DNA of 47,172 nt from contig NC_057751.1 in NCBI RefSeq assembly GCF_004010195.1, positions 8,510,279 through 8,557,450 on the forward strand, given 5' to 3'. A program made the position numbers and the translations under genes. This DNA is from Chiloscyllium plagiosum. Lineage: Eukaryota. The notes beneath the pieces were generated by a model, which was not told the origin of the DNA, did no database searches, and worked only from the letters and a program-made list of their open reading frames with translations. Shown piece by piece: positions 10,093 through 23,944 of the stretch (its first letter is position 1; each line of letters begins with the position of its first letter).

Positions 10093-11591
10093 TGTCGTGT
10101 TCTGGTTTGCGATCAGTTATTTGCTAACTTTCGGTGGATCGAATCACCCTCAGTTCCCTGATTATGACACCAGACTTACTTAGGAATGTGCAATGAAGAA
10201 GATAGAAGATAGGTGTTTCAGGGCAAAAAAATCTCTGGTTTTATTAAATACAAAAGGTAAGTGTAATTCAAGAAATACAAGCAACGCTAATAAACAGCAA
10301 ATTTGACTGTAATTAAAAACACAATTAAATCAAATACAGATTAAACACTATTAAACAAAACAGCAGCTTTCATCTCAGAAAATTTTAATCAGACTTCCAC
10401 TCCTGAAGGTTCCTGCCCTGTCATTACCTGCCTTCCTCACCCTGCTAGCTAGGTTGGAAACTTCAGTGTTTCAAAAGTTTAAGCTGAACACTGGGGGAGA
10501 ACTGCCATTTTGAAGTACCAGCTGATTGTTTCCACTTGCCATACCCAGTTTCTTGATGAAGACTTGAGATGGTGTAGGCCTTCAGTCTGAGTTGAGTCTG
10601 CTGCTGAAGTAGGACATGTATTGGATTTTAATCAGGTAAGTATTTGGTTTTCCTTACTTCTGGTGGTTTTGCAGCCTGTTTTCAACTTGGGACGTATCTG
10701 TAGCCTTGTAGTACTGGTGGTGTCATTGGTTTTCAGAGGTTGTCGGTTCTCAGTTCTGCTGGTTGTGATTGGTTGCTGGTGGTTCCCCGGTAATAATACA
10801 GGTCTGTGTCGGTAGGTTTCGGAATTGCTGTCAGGATCAGTCTTCTGGAACTAGCTGTGGGGCTAGGTGAGGTTGGGGCCTGTAATTATACTGATGGTGG
10901 GCCTCTTACCTTCACATCAAATCTGTGCTTACCATTGTGTCACTGGTGAGCTGAAAAATTGAGTTGCTGGAAAAGCGCATCAGATCAGGCAGTATCCAAG
11001 GAGCAGGAGAATCAACATTTCAGGCAAAAGCCCTTCTTCAGGATCTGCAATCCTCACTTTCTCCCTGTTACTGGTGAGGTCAATTGTCTTCCCCATAGTT
11101 AATGAATATATGTAAATGTATTCTGATTGAAACTGAATACCAGATATCTCTGCGAATGAATATTGATTGAACTTGAAAGTCCAGTATCTGTACAGGTTCC
11201 AACACGTCTGGGCTGGGTAGCCTGAAGTGTAAAAGTTAATTTCAGTCTTAGTGTGACACTTGGCTAATTGTTCTCTTAGAGTGGAGGTGTATACTTGACT
11301 TCGAGGCTGAACAATAGTCCCAGAGAGAAATCAGGCTAGTTTTGTGTGTGTTTGTTGTAGCCTGAGCGCAGGATCTTGTTCAGCGTTTTAGATATTAGAA
11401 AAGTCCACGTGTTATGAATAAATCTCATGTGGAGGTCTGTCAGGCTGCTGCTTCCTCATTGGCCAGATGCATGTTTACTACCTGAAAATGGAATGTATTA
11501 AAAAATCCAGACTCTCAAAAGATGGCCAAACGTTTCAGTTGCTGGACCCTCCTGTTCTGTTTTATACACCATATCGTTGTAAGATTACACA
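10093..11591. mobile_element. Possible long solo LTR or other unclassified repeat
   Basis: TG...CA candidate ends and a TTTATT signal near 10240; boundaries not confirmed by a TSD. Confidence 0.3.
10951..11065. mobile_element. Short Penelope-derived element
   Basis: CTGGAAAAGCGCA..GGCAGTATCC..CAAAAGCCCTTCTTCAGG; near-perfect 13-bp TSD TGT(C/T)ACTGGTGAG at 10938 and 11066. Confidence 0.7.
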
Positions 11592-11899
11592 GATCTCGTA
11601 AAGTCACTGTACCTTAAAGGCAGCTGGACGAAATCATGGTGTGTGATGCTTTCCAATAAAAGGTCTCAAGTTAATCTTGGTGTGGCTAGTCTATTACCCA
11701 CTGCTGATAATGTAATCATAATCTTACTGAGCATGTAATCCAAACTGCGTACATAAATCAGAGATGTTAGATTAGTGTTAAATACAGTGGCCAGACAGTT
11801 TCCACATATGCTGATAGAATGTAGGACTCGTCAATACCTTGACTTTGGTGTTAGCTAATCGAGAGAACAGTGTTGGACAAAAATCTTGGACAAATACTG

Positions 11900-12095
11900 T
11901 GCTATTCTTCCAGATGGGCCGTCAGTGTTAACCTGAGCTGACAGCCTGGACTTTGGTTAGAATATTTTATTTAAGAGGCAGTACCTGTGACAACACAACT
12001 CTTCCTCAGGTCTCCATCAAGTGTCACCCTAGATAGTCTGCTCCACTCTGAGATCTGGGCTTTGAACATTCACACTTGCAACCCTAGTGGCACCA
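11900..12095 (-). mobile_element. Degenerate DeuSINE 5' part
   Basis: GGCAGTACCTGTGACAACACAAC..CCTCAG..AGTGTCACCCTAGAT, antisense to the Deu domain. Confidence 0.5.
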
Positions 12096-12467
12096 ACTTT
12101 GCAAAGTTGACACTTGATACAAATTAAAACTGAGAGTGAGGAGGAAGAAGTGAAGTGCAATGTCATCATCCTAACAGCAGTGGACTTGTTGAATACATTA
12201 CCAAAATCAGACACTGCTGAAAGTGACTGAAATTGATTTCACAGTCATTTGCAACTGTCCTCCACTTGGTGCATTTTGCTGGAGGAATTCCCATTGCTCT
12301 GATTAGGTGAGGTTCCTGTCAAATTGGGCCATGACCTCTATTTACTGTCATTTGCACAGAGTTTGTAAAATGGACTTTTGTTGTTGGCTGTTGCTATTTA
12401 ACCACATTTCACCCAATTTGCTGTGAAATAGATTGTTTCCTGCTAGCCCTGCCATATGCCTCACCCT

Positions 12468-13677
12468 TGTTATGATCGGTAAAAATGGACCATCAATTTT
12501 TCACTTTCATACCCAAATGTTTAATAGCTGCGACATTTCCAAAGGAGAAACAGTGACTGAAGGTGGGCACACTGATCACTTGACCAGTTTGAGCCAAGCT
12601 CATTAAACCATCAGTAGTAAAGATCCAAAATAAATATGCGATCAAACTATGACTGAGACCAGTTTAATTAACACATTTTTAGAAGTTTCACCTTTTGGGG
12701 ATTAAAGTCACCTGCTCGAGAAACCTCCCCACTGAAGTCAGACAGGGGAATATGCAAATGAACACGATTTCTGACAACAGGTCTTTGGCAGAGAGAGGGA
12801 AGAAAATGAATTTGCAGCATCAGAAATGATATGCTGGCTCTCTGGTATATTATCTATGTGAATCTTCAGAAGTCATTTAACCTCTTCTGCAAACGGCAAC
12901 AGAAAGACAGATAACTCTGAGTTTGAAATCTGGTCTTATTAGCCAAACTGATACCCTGGTTCACAGAGACACACCTCATCAAGTTCACTGCAAGCCAACT
13001 ATAAATAAAGGACAAAACCTTCAATTTCTGTTAAACCAACAAATGAAGGTCTCTTTTCATTCTTGCTGCAGTCCGTGTGAAGGTCTTGATCAACCCTTGA
13101 CTCATTATTAAAAAATGCTCTTCCTGGGTTTGAACATGTATTTTTAAATTACACCTTTTACATCATTCATTTCTGTGTGAAACTGCTTGCCCTCCTCATC
13201 CCAGTGATTCTCATAATACCTTGAAATAAAACGGCCAGTGCCTCGAAGAACTGGAGAAACATCTATTCGTTGATGACTTAAAGATATCTATAAATTTTTG
13301 CCAATGCTGAGAATAGAAGATATCAAGGAAATAATCTTGGTCTCGGGTTAAAACTTAACACCTTAACGACTCAAAGGATTTTTTTTGTTGAAACTTCATC
13401 TTCCTTTTTGCAAGTTCTCCCTTTTTTGAACTTTGTACCTAAATTTGTAGGTATGCATTTGATATCATGTTTTGTTACTTTTCTCCAGGTAGTAACTATT
13501 AAAATTCCTCTTTCTCAAGAAAATCCTGCAATTGGCACCTTAAAGTGAAGTAGGAAGCTACATTTGAAGTGCAATGTAGGGCAAGTATGGGTCAAAAAAA
13601 ACAAGTTGTTTCTTGTGGCAGGCAGCGGAATTTTCAATAAAAGGAGTCAATTCACCCATCATCACCTGGTCGTAACA
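12468..13677 (+). mobile_element. Solo LTR (about 1.2 kb)
   Basis: Inverted ends TGTTATGA...TCGTAACA; 4-bp flanks CCCT/CCTT; AATAAA near 13225 and 13636. Confidence 0.7.
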
Positions 13678-13931
13678 CCTTGACAATATTGAAAAATAAA
13701 TGGGTTTATGAAACTGTGTATCCCTTCAGTATTTAGTGACGTCCTTCCCTCTTTGGAGATCAGTGATGTCTGGACAAATAAATGATGCAAAATACAAGCT
13801 GATCCCTTCACAACACAACAGGAACGAAATCACAACCGCTGTTCCACGTAGCAACCATTGACTGGAGCATTCCAGGCTAACTGCATACTGGCTCAGAGGA
13901 GTGTGCCCTTTCTCATTTCTCAGCCCCTTCT

Positions 13932-14002
13932 TCACAGCAGGTCTGCGCCTGTACTGTTCTGCTGGTTCACTGGCAGCAACCCAGAAGAGGAGACTGTCTC
14001 AG
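13932..14002 (-). CDS. Candidate terminal coding exon (ETVSSSGLLPVNQQNSTGADLL*) of an unidentified gene
   Basis: Good acceptor TTGTTTGTTTCCACTCCAG; phase 1 fits the donor at 22484; no homology recognised. Confidence 0.2.
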
Positions 14003-15589
14003 CTGGAGTGGAAACAAACAATGTCTTCTACTGGGATCTGAACTGATGTCCACTGATGTGTGAATATGCCCGAAATGAAACATATTTGCTCCTAATCAAT
14101 ATTATTTTTAAATTCAAGATTCCACTCCAAAATTACATGCAATTAGCGAAAGCTGCATGTTTTGTTATTCTCGCACTAATATTTCAATATTTGTACAGAG
14201 GCTTGCTGGCACGAACTACTGTTGCTACTGTGGCCCCAGTTAATTAATTTAAAACGTGACGGCCTGAGTTCCACTGATTAATTGCATGAAAGGTTTTTGA
14301 GAATTAATTTTAAAACACATTACTTTATGAAATTAATCTTTATCCTCATCTTGCTTAATGTGCTCCTTTTTGTATTAAAATACAAAATTAGTAACACTTG
14401 TTCAATCGGTTATTGAATTTGGTAGCTATCCATTACACTCTTACACTCTACAGTGATATATCTCTAGTACAAAGCTGAATTATCTGCTATAATGTTACAG
14501 AAGTGAGCATTAGCCTTTCCGAGTTTACATTCAGAGGCACTGTTAAACTGATTAAAGGTAATACTGATGGCATAGAGGAATATCATCTAACATTGTTCAG
14601 ACAAAATTGTGAATGATTTTGCTTTAATTCAGCATATGCAAAAAGCCACTCAAGAGAAAGTCAGAAGCATCCCCACATTGGAATCCACCCTGATTTCTTC
14701 ATCGTGTTGCACAGGACAGGGAGGTAACTTGCGGAAATTTAATGATCTTGACACATTTTCAGCTTCTGGGCCATGAGGGTGATGAAAAAGGTGGAAATTA
14801 TATTCTTTTACTCTGTAACAACATTTTAAGTATTCGTACCCAGGTCCTCTGCACCAAAATTGTTGCCGAGAGGCAACATTAGAAACGTATCACTGCACTC
14901 ATTGAGTACACATGATTATAAAGGCTTTCTATTGAATTCAATAAAGCCACTAAGTTGTGAGGACAACAGAGTTGCAAGACAATTTAAAACAGGGGGCAAT
15001 CTGAACCAACAATTGCAACAGATTCGAGACACACATCTGAATAAAGAAGAGAATTCATTTTTAATTAATGTTGTACTCTTGCTATTGACTAACTTTGCAC
15101 AGACTAGGAATTGAATTCTGGAGCTTTCTTGGGCATTTATTGTGCAGTTAGTCAATGAGAGATTACAAGACCCCAGAGTAAAGTGACACGTAAACACACT
15201 TCCCTTTCACTCGTAACGTCTAAGTTCAATTTCAGTTCAAAATGATTTCTATGTGTGGTAAGTCAAGGTCAGCTGCTATTAACATCTGTTCTGGTCCAGT
15301 GATTTGTCCCTTCACTTCAAGCATATGCATTCCCTGAGCCTTTTCTTCCCATCTCACATCTGATCTCCAATCTTACCTCACCCTTTAACCTTAACTTTAC
15401 CTTCCCTTTTCTTCCCCCAGGAGATTCACATTGGACTAAAAGCATGAACTCTTTCTCTCTCCAAAAATGCTACCACAGCTGCTGAGTTTCTCCAGCCCCT
15501 AGTATTTTTATTTCAACAAGTCCACATTGAGTCAAGTCCAGTTCTTGAGAGTCCAGGACATGCTGTCCTGACGAGGTATTAAAACTTAA

Positions 15590-15745
15590 TCCACCCCAAT
15601 ACCAGACGCTCTCTCTCACTTTGCACTCTCTTGTACTGTTCAGCTTCCTCTTCAAATGCAGCTGCGCTGTTCACTTCAACTACTCCCTGGGGAATTGGGT
15701 TTCACATTCAAAACACTATCTAGATGAAGAGGTTTCTCCTGAATT
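15590..15745 (-). mobile_element. Degenerate CR1 3' end
   Basis: Minus strand AGGAGAAACCTCTTCATCTAGA...CAGGGAGTAGTTGAAGTGAACAGCGCAGCTGCATTTGAAGAGGAAGCTG. Confidence 0.6.
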
Positions 15746-16419
15746 TTATTTTAAAATTAATTTGTGGAATTGGAGCATCACTGGCAAAGTGGAAATTTAT
15801 CGCCTTTCCGGAATCTCCCCCAAGGTGGCGGTGGTGAGCACCCATAGTTTCCTTTAAGGACTGCCATGTGCAAATTTGGTTTCGGGTTCGGAAAATATCA
15901 AATTGTCCAGGTTCTCCCTCACCACCACCTTGTCGATGGCAGAGAACCAAAGGATCCGAAGAAAATCAGATCAAATTATGACTTGAATGTGGATGCCCTC
16001 TTTGGAGCCCTTGTCAAATCAAAACAGAAAACCCTCCCAGCTATTTTGGTTATGCTGACTGTGATTCCACCATCTCAAATGGCACAATTCATTTTTTTTT
16101 ACTAGCAGATGCCAATGTGGCGCAGGCTCCTGTGAAGAGAATGAATGAGCTAACATTGCATAGCCAGAGGGATAGACATATGTTGTGTGGGTAGTGATTT
16201 GCTTGTGTGGAGAAGGGTCTCCATCTGAGATGCTGTGAATAATTCTGATCACTCTACCATCTTCCTCTGGAGGAAGGACTTCCAGGCTTCAAAGCAGGTA
16301 CAGTGTAAGTGGATTGATAATTAGACATAGGGTCCTCTGGGCAGAGACTAAAGAAGCTCTGCATATCCTTAATATGGAAAGAAAAGCCTTGAGAATGGGA
16401 GCTGTACCATCATGATTTA

Positions 16420-16790
16420 CTGCACAAGTGACTCAGGGACCCATACTAATGAGCCAGAAACCTGAGTTCACATCCACCACTGCATCTGGAAAGTAGAAAA
16501 TTCAATGAAACAGATAAAATCTAGAAGGACAAGCTACACTCAATAGTGGTGACCAAGAAACAAGTGGAATTTCACAAAAACATGTCACATCTTGGACAGA
16601 AGGGAACACGTCAAACTATGGTAGTCTTGTCTACATGTGACTCCTGAACCACAGTAAATGAGGTTGGCTCTTAACTGCTCCCGAAGATGACCGAAAATGC
16701 TATTAAGCTGCTTTGAAGTTGGGAGCTCATGGCCATTTTCACAAGGCCATTGCCAGGGTCACACGCATCCCGAAAGAAAAATGTTACATT
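16420..16790 (+). mobile_element. Degenerate copy of the tRNA-SINE family seen at 36076-36745
   Basis: CTACATGTGACTCC..ACCACAG..GGTTGGCTCTTAACTGC..GCCAGGGTCACACGCATCCC. Confidence 0.55.
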
Positions 16791-17795
16791 TAATGGATGT
16801 AAACAAACCCAAAGAAATAAATAATGCTGCAGGCCCACAAACTGGACAACAAATGCATATTTAGGCAAAGGTTTGTGAGCACAGTTTTAACCACTTTCAT
16901 ATTTGGAGCAGACACCAAAGGAGACAATGGAGTTGACCAGCTGTGAGACCATTGGGACTGTCGAATGAGGGAACCACTGATTGAGGGAGGTATGTGACAG
17001 CGTGGCATAGAACATTTCTTCCAGTGCAGGTGGTCATCGGGGTTCTCTGTTTCAGTCTTTGCTGTGATGAAATAAATTGACTATGTCAACATGTAAACAC
17101 AAATGAGTGTTATAAAAGCTAACTTGTCATTATCATCTGTTAAAAATGGAAGTAGCAGAGAATTTGATTAGTTTGACTTTCTTCTTAAACGGTACACACT
17201 CCTTATCCATCTATCCACCTATCTTTCCAAACTAGCAAAGAAGGTGGTTCATATTTCTGAAATGATCTTCAGGATATGCTACAGATTATCTATCTTCACT
17301 GACAGCATCAAAATTGAACTAATTTTCTGTTATTCATGCCACACTGTAATATTCAAGGAAAACTTTGCAAAGTACTTTATCAAGTTAACTGTACGAATTA
17401 GATAAGCAAAAATCAAGGACTTCATAAAACCCATGATGTTGGAACTCAAATCACTGACTCTTCATTTTTAACCAAGCCAAGCTAATCTCTTTTAATTTAA
17501 CTCCAATTAGAGTGTGCGATCCTGCAAAATCCAATTAAAACATGCTTAATACTGGAAAAGGACTTTTTTTCTCACACAACTCAATTTCATGAGATGACTC
17601 TCAGGTATGCACAACTAATTGTGCCCAGACAAAACTAATTAGTTGAGAGTTTAGAGAGCTGAAATCCAAATTATACAAGCCTCGAGTTTTCGAGAAGCAT
17701 AGAAGTCAACAGCAACACAGTTAGGTCAAACAAATACAGAAACTTGACGGACAAAGCTTGGAGAATATTGAGCAGAGTTTCCATACATAATATAG

Positions 17796-18355
17796 TATTA
17801 TGGACCAGGTCAGACTCCCTCAAAATACGTTGAGAAGGGAACCTAGACTCTAACTTTTTCTTATTTTAAAGGCAGACATGTGGTGGATACTCCAGGATTA
17901 ATGCAGCTGGTCAAAGGACTTGGCTGTAAGCAAAACAGAATTTATCTGAACATTACAATTGAAACATGAACAAAAGAAAACGGAATTTAGAATAGTTTAA
18001 TGATTGGAAACTTAAGTGAGGAACTGTTCCAATCCAGTAACATTTCATAAACACATCTGTTGGCAAAAAGATAAATTGAAACACAGATTCTTGCAGGCTG
18101 GAGGGAACAATATCCAAAGAGATTTCAGACAGAACAGTCAGTCAGGAATCATTCACTGAAGCTTAGAACCTTTCTCTGGACTGCAGCATCTTGTGACTGC
18201 CACAGCGAAACCAAACTGGAAGAAAACTGAACTCGGAGAACTGGCCACTCCCTTGCCATTGACGAACGAGACACTTGGTCATCTCTGCCTTAGCAACCTC
18301 TCTTTAAAAAACCCAAGGACAAAACTAACCTTGCTAAAGTGACACCATTGTCACA
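17796..18355 (-). mobile_element. Solo LTR (family shared with 28523-29422)
   Basis: Collinear with 28523-29422; ends ..TGTCACA; 4-bp flanks ATAG/ATGG. Confidence 0.65.
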
Positions 18356-18689
18356 ATGGAGAGTCTGGAGAAGCTGCACAGAAGATTGACCACGTGACAT
18401 CAGAAGTGAAAGGTCATTTCACTCTCAGAACATAATTAATTGGTTAGACCAATGTGACTTCAAAGGAGGACGACAGGCGATCGAGTGAGGTCTTTCCAGT
18501 TATATAGGGACTTGACAGCTTAGATCTGGAAAAAAATGGTTTCACTTGTGGCATTGGCAAAATCTCATAAACATAAATGTAAGATCGTAAGCAGGAACTT
18601 AAGAAAAGCATTATCATATTGAGAGAGTCAAGAGTGATGGCAGCAAGGAACACATGACAAAGGGTAGCTGAGAGGAATAGTAAAGAGGG

Positions 18690-18905
18690 TCCGTCTCGGG
18701 ACCTTCCAACCTAATGGAATCAATGTGGACTTTACCAGTTTCCTCATTTCCCCTCCCCCCACTTATCCCAGTTCCAACCTTCCAGCTCAGCACCGCCCTC
18801 ATGACCAGTCCCACCTGTCAATCTTCCTTCCCACCTATCTGCTCCACCCTCCCCTGTGACCTATCACTTTCACCCCCACCTCCATCCACCTGTTGCACTC
18901 TCACA
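18690..18905. mobile_element. Penelope-like element terminal-region fragment
   Basis: C-rich CCCCCACTTATCCCAG..CCACCTATCTGCTCCACCCTCCCCTGTGACCTATCAC, recalled from shark PLE ends. Confidence 0.45.
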
Positions 18906-19069
18906 AGTGAAGAAACTAAGACTTGAAATTGAGTTAACACCTTTCCGTTCTGACACTTAAGGTGTGGGAGCACTGGCACGAGGCTACATTCCCCATGGTC
19001 AATTGCATTGCTGATACTCTCTGCCTCAGCTCATAAATGAAGGCTGGCACACTAGCTAGAGAATGCAAA

Positions 19070-19266
19070 TCCTCCCACAGTCTTAAGATGTGCAAGTTAG
19101 GTGAACTGACCATGCTAAATTGCCCATAGTGTTAGGTGCATTAGTCAGGGGTAAATGTAGGGGAATGGGTCTGGGACGGTTGCTCTTCGAAGGGTCGGTG
19201 TGGACTTGTTGGGCTGAAGGGCCTGTTTTCACACTATAGGGAATCTAAACTGATCTAATCTAATCT
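19070..19266 (+). mobile_element. HE1/V-SINE 3' half
   Basis: CTCCCACAGTC..GATGTGCAAGTTAGGTGAA..CATGCTAAATTGCCC..GAAGGGCCTGTTTTCACACT and (CTAAT)n tail. Confidence 0.8.
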
Positions 19267-20989
19267 ACGAAAGGCTGAAGTAAGACCACGCCGCAGCAAG
19301 GATTAGCAGAAGGGTAGGGTGGGTGGTTGTTGTTGCTTTGAGGGGGAGATACAATTTACTTGCTGGTAAAAATGCAAAGAGTAAAGTGAGATCTTTCCAT
19401 CATGTTAGTCCAGTAGGACCTGACATTGTCTTTTGTTAAATGTGAAAAGGCAACAGAATTACTATATATCTACAAAGCCACTGAATGAAAAGGCATTGTC
19501 ACACCACAAAAAATTGGGCTTTTTGGTTTTGATTTAGAACTTCAACAGTGCTACTGTAGTACAGAATGAACCATTTTTCTAAAGCAATGACATTTAAGTG
19601 GCTCAATTATGACACTCGTATGATTAAGCAGCAATTTCATGGTCTTAAAAATTCAAAAGGTATAAAAGGCAAGTAAACTGCGTTAGATGTATTTCTGCAA
19701 AATTGGACAAAGATGTTCGTGTTGTAAATGGCAAATGCTATCTGAAAGGTCAACTCTTGTTTCGGGAAGAATTTTTGTCTGCTAGAGTATTTTACGAGAT
19801 ATTTAAGTGTTAATACTGTGCCACAGGATATTCTTAACATGCACATGACTGTGTTCATCTGATATTTCTCTGCCTTCTACTTTAACAAATGCTGAAATAC
19901 CAGTGAAATACCGTAAAATGTGGGAGTTCATTCATCATAATATTTCAGATATCTCACCCATTAACATGCTCAATGCATCAAGTTCACTGAAAGGCATTTG
20001 TGTTTCATCATAGAGGAGTATTTCTTAATGTTTATCAGAGTTGTCAACACCCCAATCTCTCCCAAAGAAAGAGCTTTCAACTGTGAAAAGATGAAGTATT
20101 ATGTTTAGTTGGCATCTCCGTGCTCTGTAATTTAGAAAGTGACTTATCTTGCACAATGTTCCTCCAGCCACAATGCTCCTCCTTGCAACCCAGTCAGGAG
20201 CAGACGTAATGACTGCCACAGTAAATTGGTGCAAATGCCTTCCCTCCCCTTGCAGTCAATTGGCCTCAGAGCTGGTGTAAGATATCATGTGGGGGTTCGG
20301 GGAGGTGTAAATCTCAAAAAGGGTTCTTTCTTATGGTCACTGTCTCATGAACAATGTCGAAAAGTACACTGAGAATATCAAATGAGCATAAGGTTAGGCT
20401 ACTGTGTCAAGCCTCAGCACTTACCATTTCACTTCGGGAGCAGTCCTTTGCAAAGACAATGGAGAGCTAGCACCACCAATTGAACATCTCACAAATAATA
20501 TTAATTTTGTAGGCCACCTTTTGGGTCAGTTGTACACTCAGTATTCAAAATGCAGTGATATGGTTAATTAATAACTCAATTATCATTGTACAATGTGTTT
20601 TATGCCAAGAAGCCGACATCCTGGAAAAGCATGATGGTGTGTCCGAGTTGTGTGTTTCCAAGTATGTGAAAATAAGTGCAGGAAATCACAAATTAACAAC
20701 TCAGAGTTATTAATTAAAAAGGATTGCAGAATTTAAGAGGATGTCACAAAATCAAATACTTTGGAATTTCTCTGGAGACTTCTCTTGCTGCAATTCTGCA
20801 CCTGTGACAGAAATCGTACTTGCACTTGAAAATGGGGTTTTCTGGTGCAGTCGGAAAAAGTCACAGGAAATGTGGTCTTAATTTGTATCATGCCAAATCA
20901 TAGTGAAACAGATCCATTGAGAGAAGGCACAGCGTGCTGTCAAATAGGAGTCAAACCACTCATTGCAAACAGATGACAAAAGGTTAAAT

Positions 20990-21815
20990 ATGCATGCCTT
21001 GCAATACTCAAAAAAGGAATAAAATGGCATTTTTGGAAGGTTGAACAAAAGAACAGTATTATTTAAATGGAGAAGAACTGCAGAAATTGTCAACGCAAGG
21101 AGACTTGGGAGTAATTGTGCAGGAAACACAAAGTTGACACGCAAGCATAGTAGGCAGTCAAAGAGGTAAATGGAATATTGGCCCATATTTCCAGGGGGTT
21201 GGACCCCAAGGGTAGGATGTCTTGTTGTAACTGTCCAAGGTACTGGCCAGACGACACGTGGAATACGGTGAGCAGTTTTTAACCCCTAAAAGAAAGATAT
21301 CATTTCACTGGAGACAGTTCTGAGAAGGTCTGCTGAGGAGATCAATGGTATGGAGGAACTGTCTTAGGAACAAAGGCTAACAGACTGGGATTCTTATGGA
21401 AATTTAGTAGAATGAAAAACAATCTCATTGAATCATAACAGATTCTTCAGGGCCTTGACAGGGTAAATGTTGAGAGACATACTTCCAATCATGGGTGAAT
21501 CTCGGACCAGACGGGATAGTCTCAGAATAAAAGGCTCAAATTTAAGACTGACACGTGGAGGAATTTCTTCTCTCAGAATGTTGAGAGTCTTTAGATCTCT
21601 TTCCGACAGAGAGCTGTAGCTGTACAATCTTTGTGCATACTTAAAGCTGAGATAGGCAGATTCTTTATCAGTTGGGGAATCAAGGGTTACAGGAAAACGG
21701 CAAAAAAGTTGATGTGAGAAACATCTGATAGGGCATGACCCTATTGAGAGACAGATCAGGCTCAGGGACTGAATGGCCTACTCCTGCTTCTATTTTTTAT
21801 GACCTTATTATGGTT
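20990..21815 (+). mobile_element. CR1 LINE 3' fragment (RT C-terminus and 3' UTR), degenerate
   Basis: Collinear with 40459-41310; GAATGGCCTACTCCTGCTTCTATT tail. Confidence 0.8.
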
Positions 21816-22483
21816 ATACCTCGGTATCATTTAACAGTGTCTACCAATCTTGGGGAAATGACATCACAGGCTGCTTCCTGTTGCAAAAAAAGAAGGGCCA
21901 CAGATGCGTTGGAGGTTTTTATTCTGAGGCTTGGGCTGATGCACATTTCTGAAACAGTGTTAAGAGTGTCTCCATTTATTCCGTGCTGTAATTGCCCTGG
22001 AAGGCTTCAAATAGTCTAAGCATTCCACACCAAATGCGCAAAACATTTCTGTTTTCCAAAGCCAGCAAGATCTCAAGCAGAAATCACAGCAGAAGCAAGT
22101 TACACTTTATCCAATTTGCAGAGGTACAAAGGATCACGGCTTTCGGAGGTCAACTTTGTAGCTATCCCCAAGTATATGACTGACAAGGATGGAATTCATG
22201 ACCAAGACCGTTCAGATGAAAAGCATTAGAGTTGGTTGCTTTGTTTTTCCTGTATTCTTTCATGCAATGAGAGGTTTGCAGGTAAGGCCAGCATTTGTAA
22301 CCCAACGCTGTATTCTATTGCATGGACTAGCTTGTTAGAGCCACTTCTGTGGTCGGTTTAATCTCTATGCTATTGTTGTGGGTCTAGAGTCACATGTAAG
22401 CCAGACAGCTGATGAAAATTAAAAAATTGTCAGCCCAGGTATACAAGCATGCACACATCCATATGGACACATTGAAGGGTTAC

Positions 22484-22950
22484 CAGCTCCAGTTCCACTC
22501 CAAGATTTGAGTAAATATTTCTGCTGACATTTCAGTCCAGATGTTTTGAGTGTGGCATGAAATGTTGAACAATTGCAGCAACCAACATTCTCCCCTGAAC
22601 TACCATCAAGAGGTAAACTGGTCAACTCCCTTGCTTTTTGGTTAGAGAATCTGATACAACCATACTCATTGCATTTCAACCCCCTCTTTGCTATCTGAGT
22701 GCTGTAGACAACACAGTTGTTATGGATGAAGTTTTGCTCTTCCAAGGCAAAAGGAACTTCCCAAGGGGAGCACATTCCAAGAGGAACAGGCTCAATTTTC
22801 TGCCCATCTATGATCAGTGGGAGGCCTTTATCCTGTCTGTCCCTTCTTCCTGTACCCAAGGATTTGAATTCATGTGTCGCGTGGAAGTCAAGATCCAGGT
22901 GCAATCTCCCCAGCAGACTGCAACACATATTCAGATTTGATGCACACCAT
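22484..22950 (-). CDS. Candidate coding exon (phase 2 to 1, about 155 aa), unidentified
   Basis: Acceptor TCTTTTACAG, donor CTG|GTAACC; open frame WCASNLNMCCSLLGRLHLDLDFH...KYLLKSWSGTGA in non-repeat sequence. Confidence 0.3.
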
Positions 22951-23273
22951 CTGTAAAAGACTGATGCTTCCAGGATCTCAATGGTAACTCAAGGATCGAC
23001 AAAGGACAGAACGATCGTAAATCAGTTTGAGCTCCATATAAGAGGTGTGAGCTAAGTAATGTAGGATCACTCAATGGGGATGCTGGAGTTCAGGGGAGAC
23101 CAAAAGGGTGAGGTGATGCTCCTGTACCAAGCTGCCTAGCAATGCATACGCGATGCACAACTTAGTTGTGCCTCTACCATCTGCATTCCCCTCACTAAAA
23201 ATATTCAGGGAGCTCTGCACGTAGAAACTCACCAACATTATTAATGCCATCAGTGTGTTGCACCACACATTAA

Positions 23274-23437
23274 GGAGACAGTGAGGACTGCAGATGCTGG
23301 AGAATTAGAATTGATAAAGTGTGGCGCTGGAAAAAGCACAGCAGGTCAGGCAGCATCCAAGAAATGGGAGAGTTGACGTTTCGGGCAGGACCCTTTATCC
23401 TGATGCTGCCTGACCTGCTGTGCCTTTTCCAATGCCA
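23274..23437. mobile_element. Short Penelope-derived element with inverted partial duplication
   Basis: GCACAGCAGGTCAGGCAGCATC ... GATGCTGCCTGACCTGCTGTGC inverted arms; imperfect TSD CACC(A/G)CACAT. Confidence 0.75.
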
Positions 23438-23944
23438 CACCGCACATAAACATGACAAAGACAATGAGCCACCAGACACAGGGCGTCAGTGTGCTTATAG
23501 TTGCTCATGAATGTGCACCTGCCTGATCAGTTTCTAATGTCAACATATATCCCTACTTCCCTCACAGCTCCAGAAACAGCATGGTAATGGAAAATACTCA
23601 CAGCGTTACTTGGTGAACACAGTTCACCATTGAAGTGAAACGAAAAGCAAAATAGATTGCATACATATCAAAATCTGCTTGACAATCTTGTTGAAAACTG
23701 CACACCATAAAAAAATTGAAATCTTGTCTTTTCCACATCGTCCTGGCAATTTATCATTTCCTTCAGGCCCAGGACTAGTTAATGAACGTTACATTTTATG
23801 CTGTTGTGCACTGACATCAATGGTCTCATTGTTTGAATGAAATGTTCTTAGTTAAATCAACATCATGGCAAGATGTGTGACTTGCAGTCTATACAAGGAT
23901 ATGCAAAGCCTGCTTGTGGCATTGGAATCATCTATCAAGCAAAA

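Noticed and set aside
15600..15710. Helical-looking minus frame GVVEVNSAAAFEEEAEQYKRVQSERERL
   Set aside because: Nucleotide sequence follows the CR1 3' end.
23274..23437. Palindromic inserts as MITEs (DNA transposons)
   Set aside because: Arms are variable and asymmetric, TSD length varies from 9 to 15 bp across the family, and hammerhead cores are present, which fits Penelope-type retroposition.
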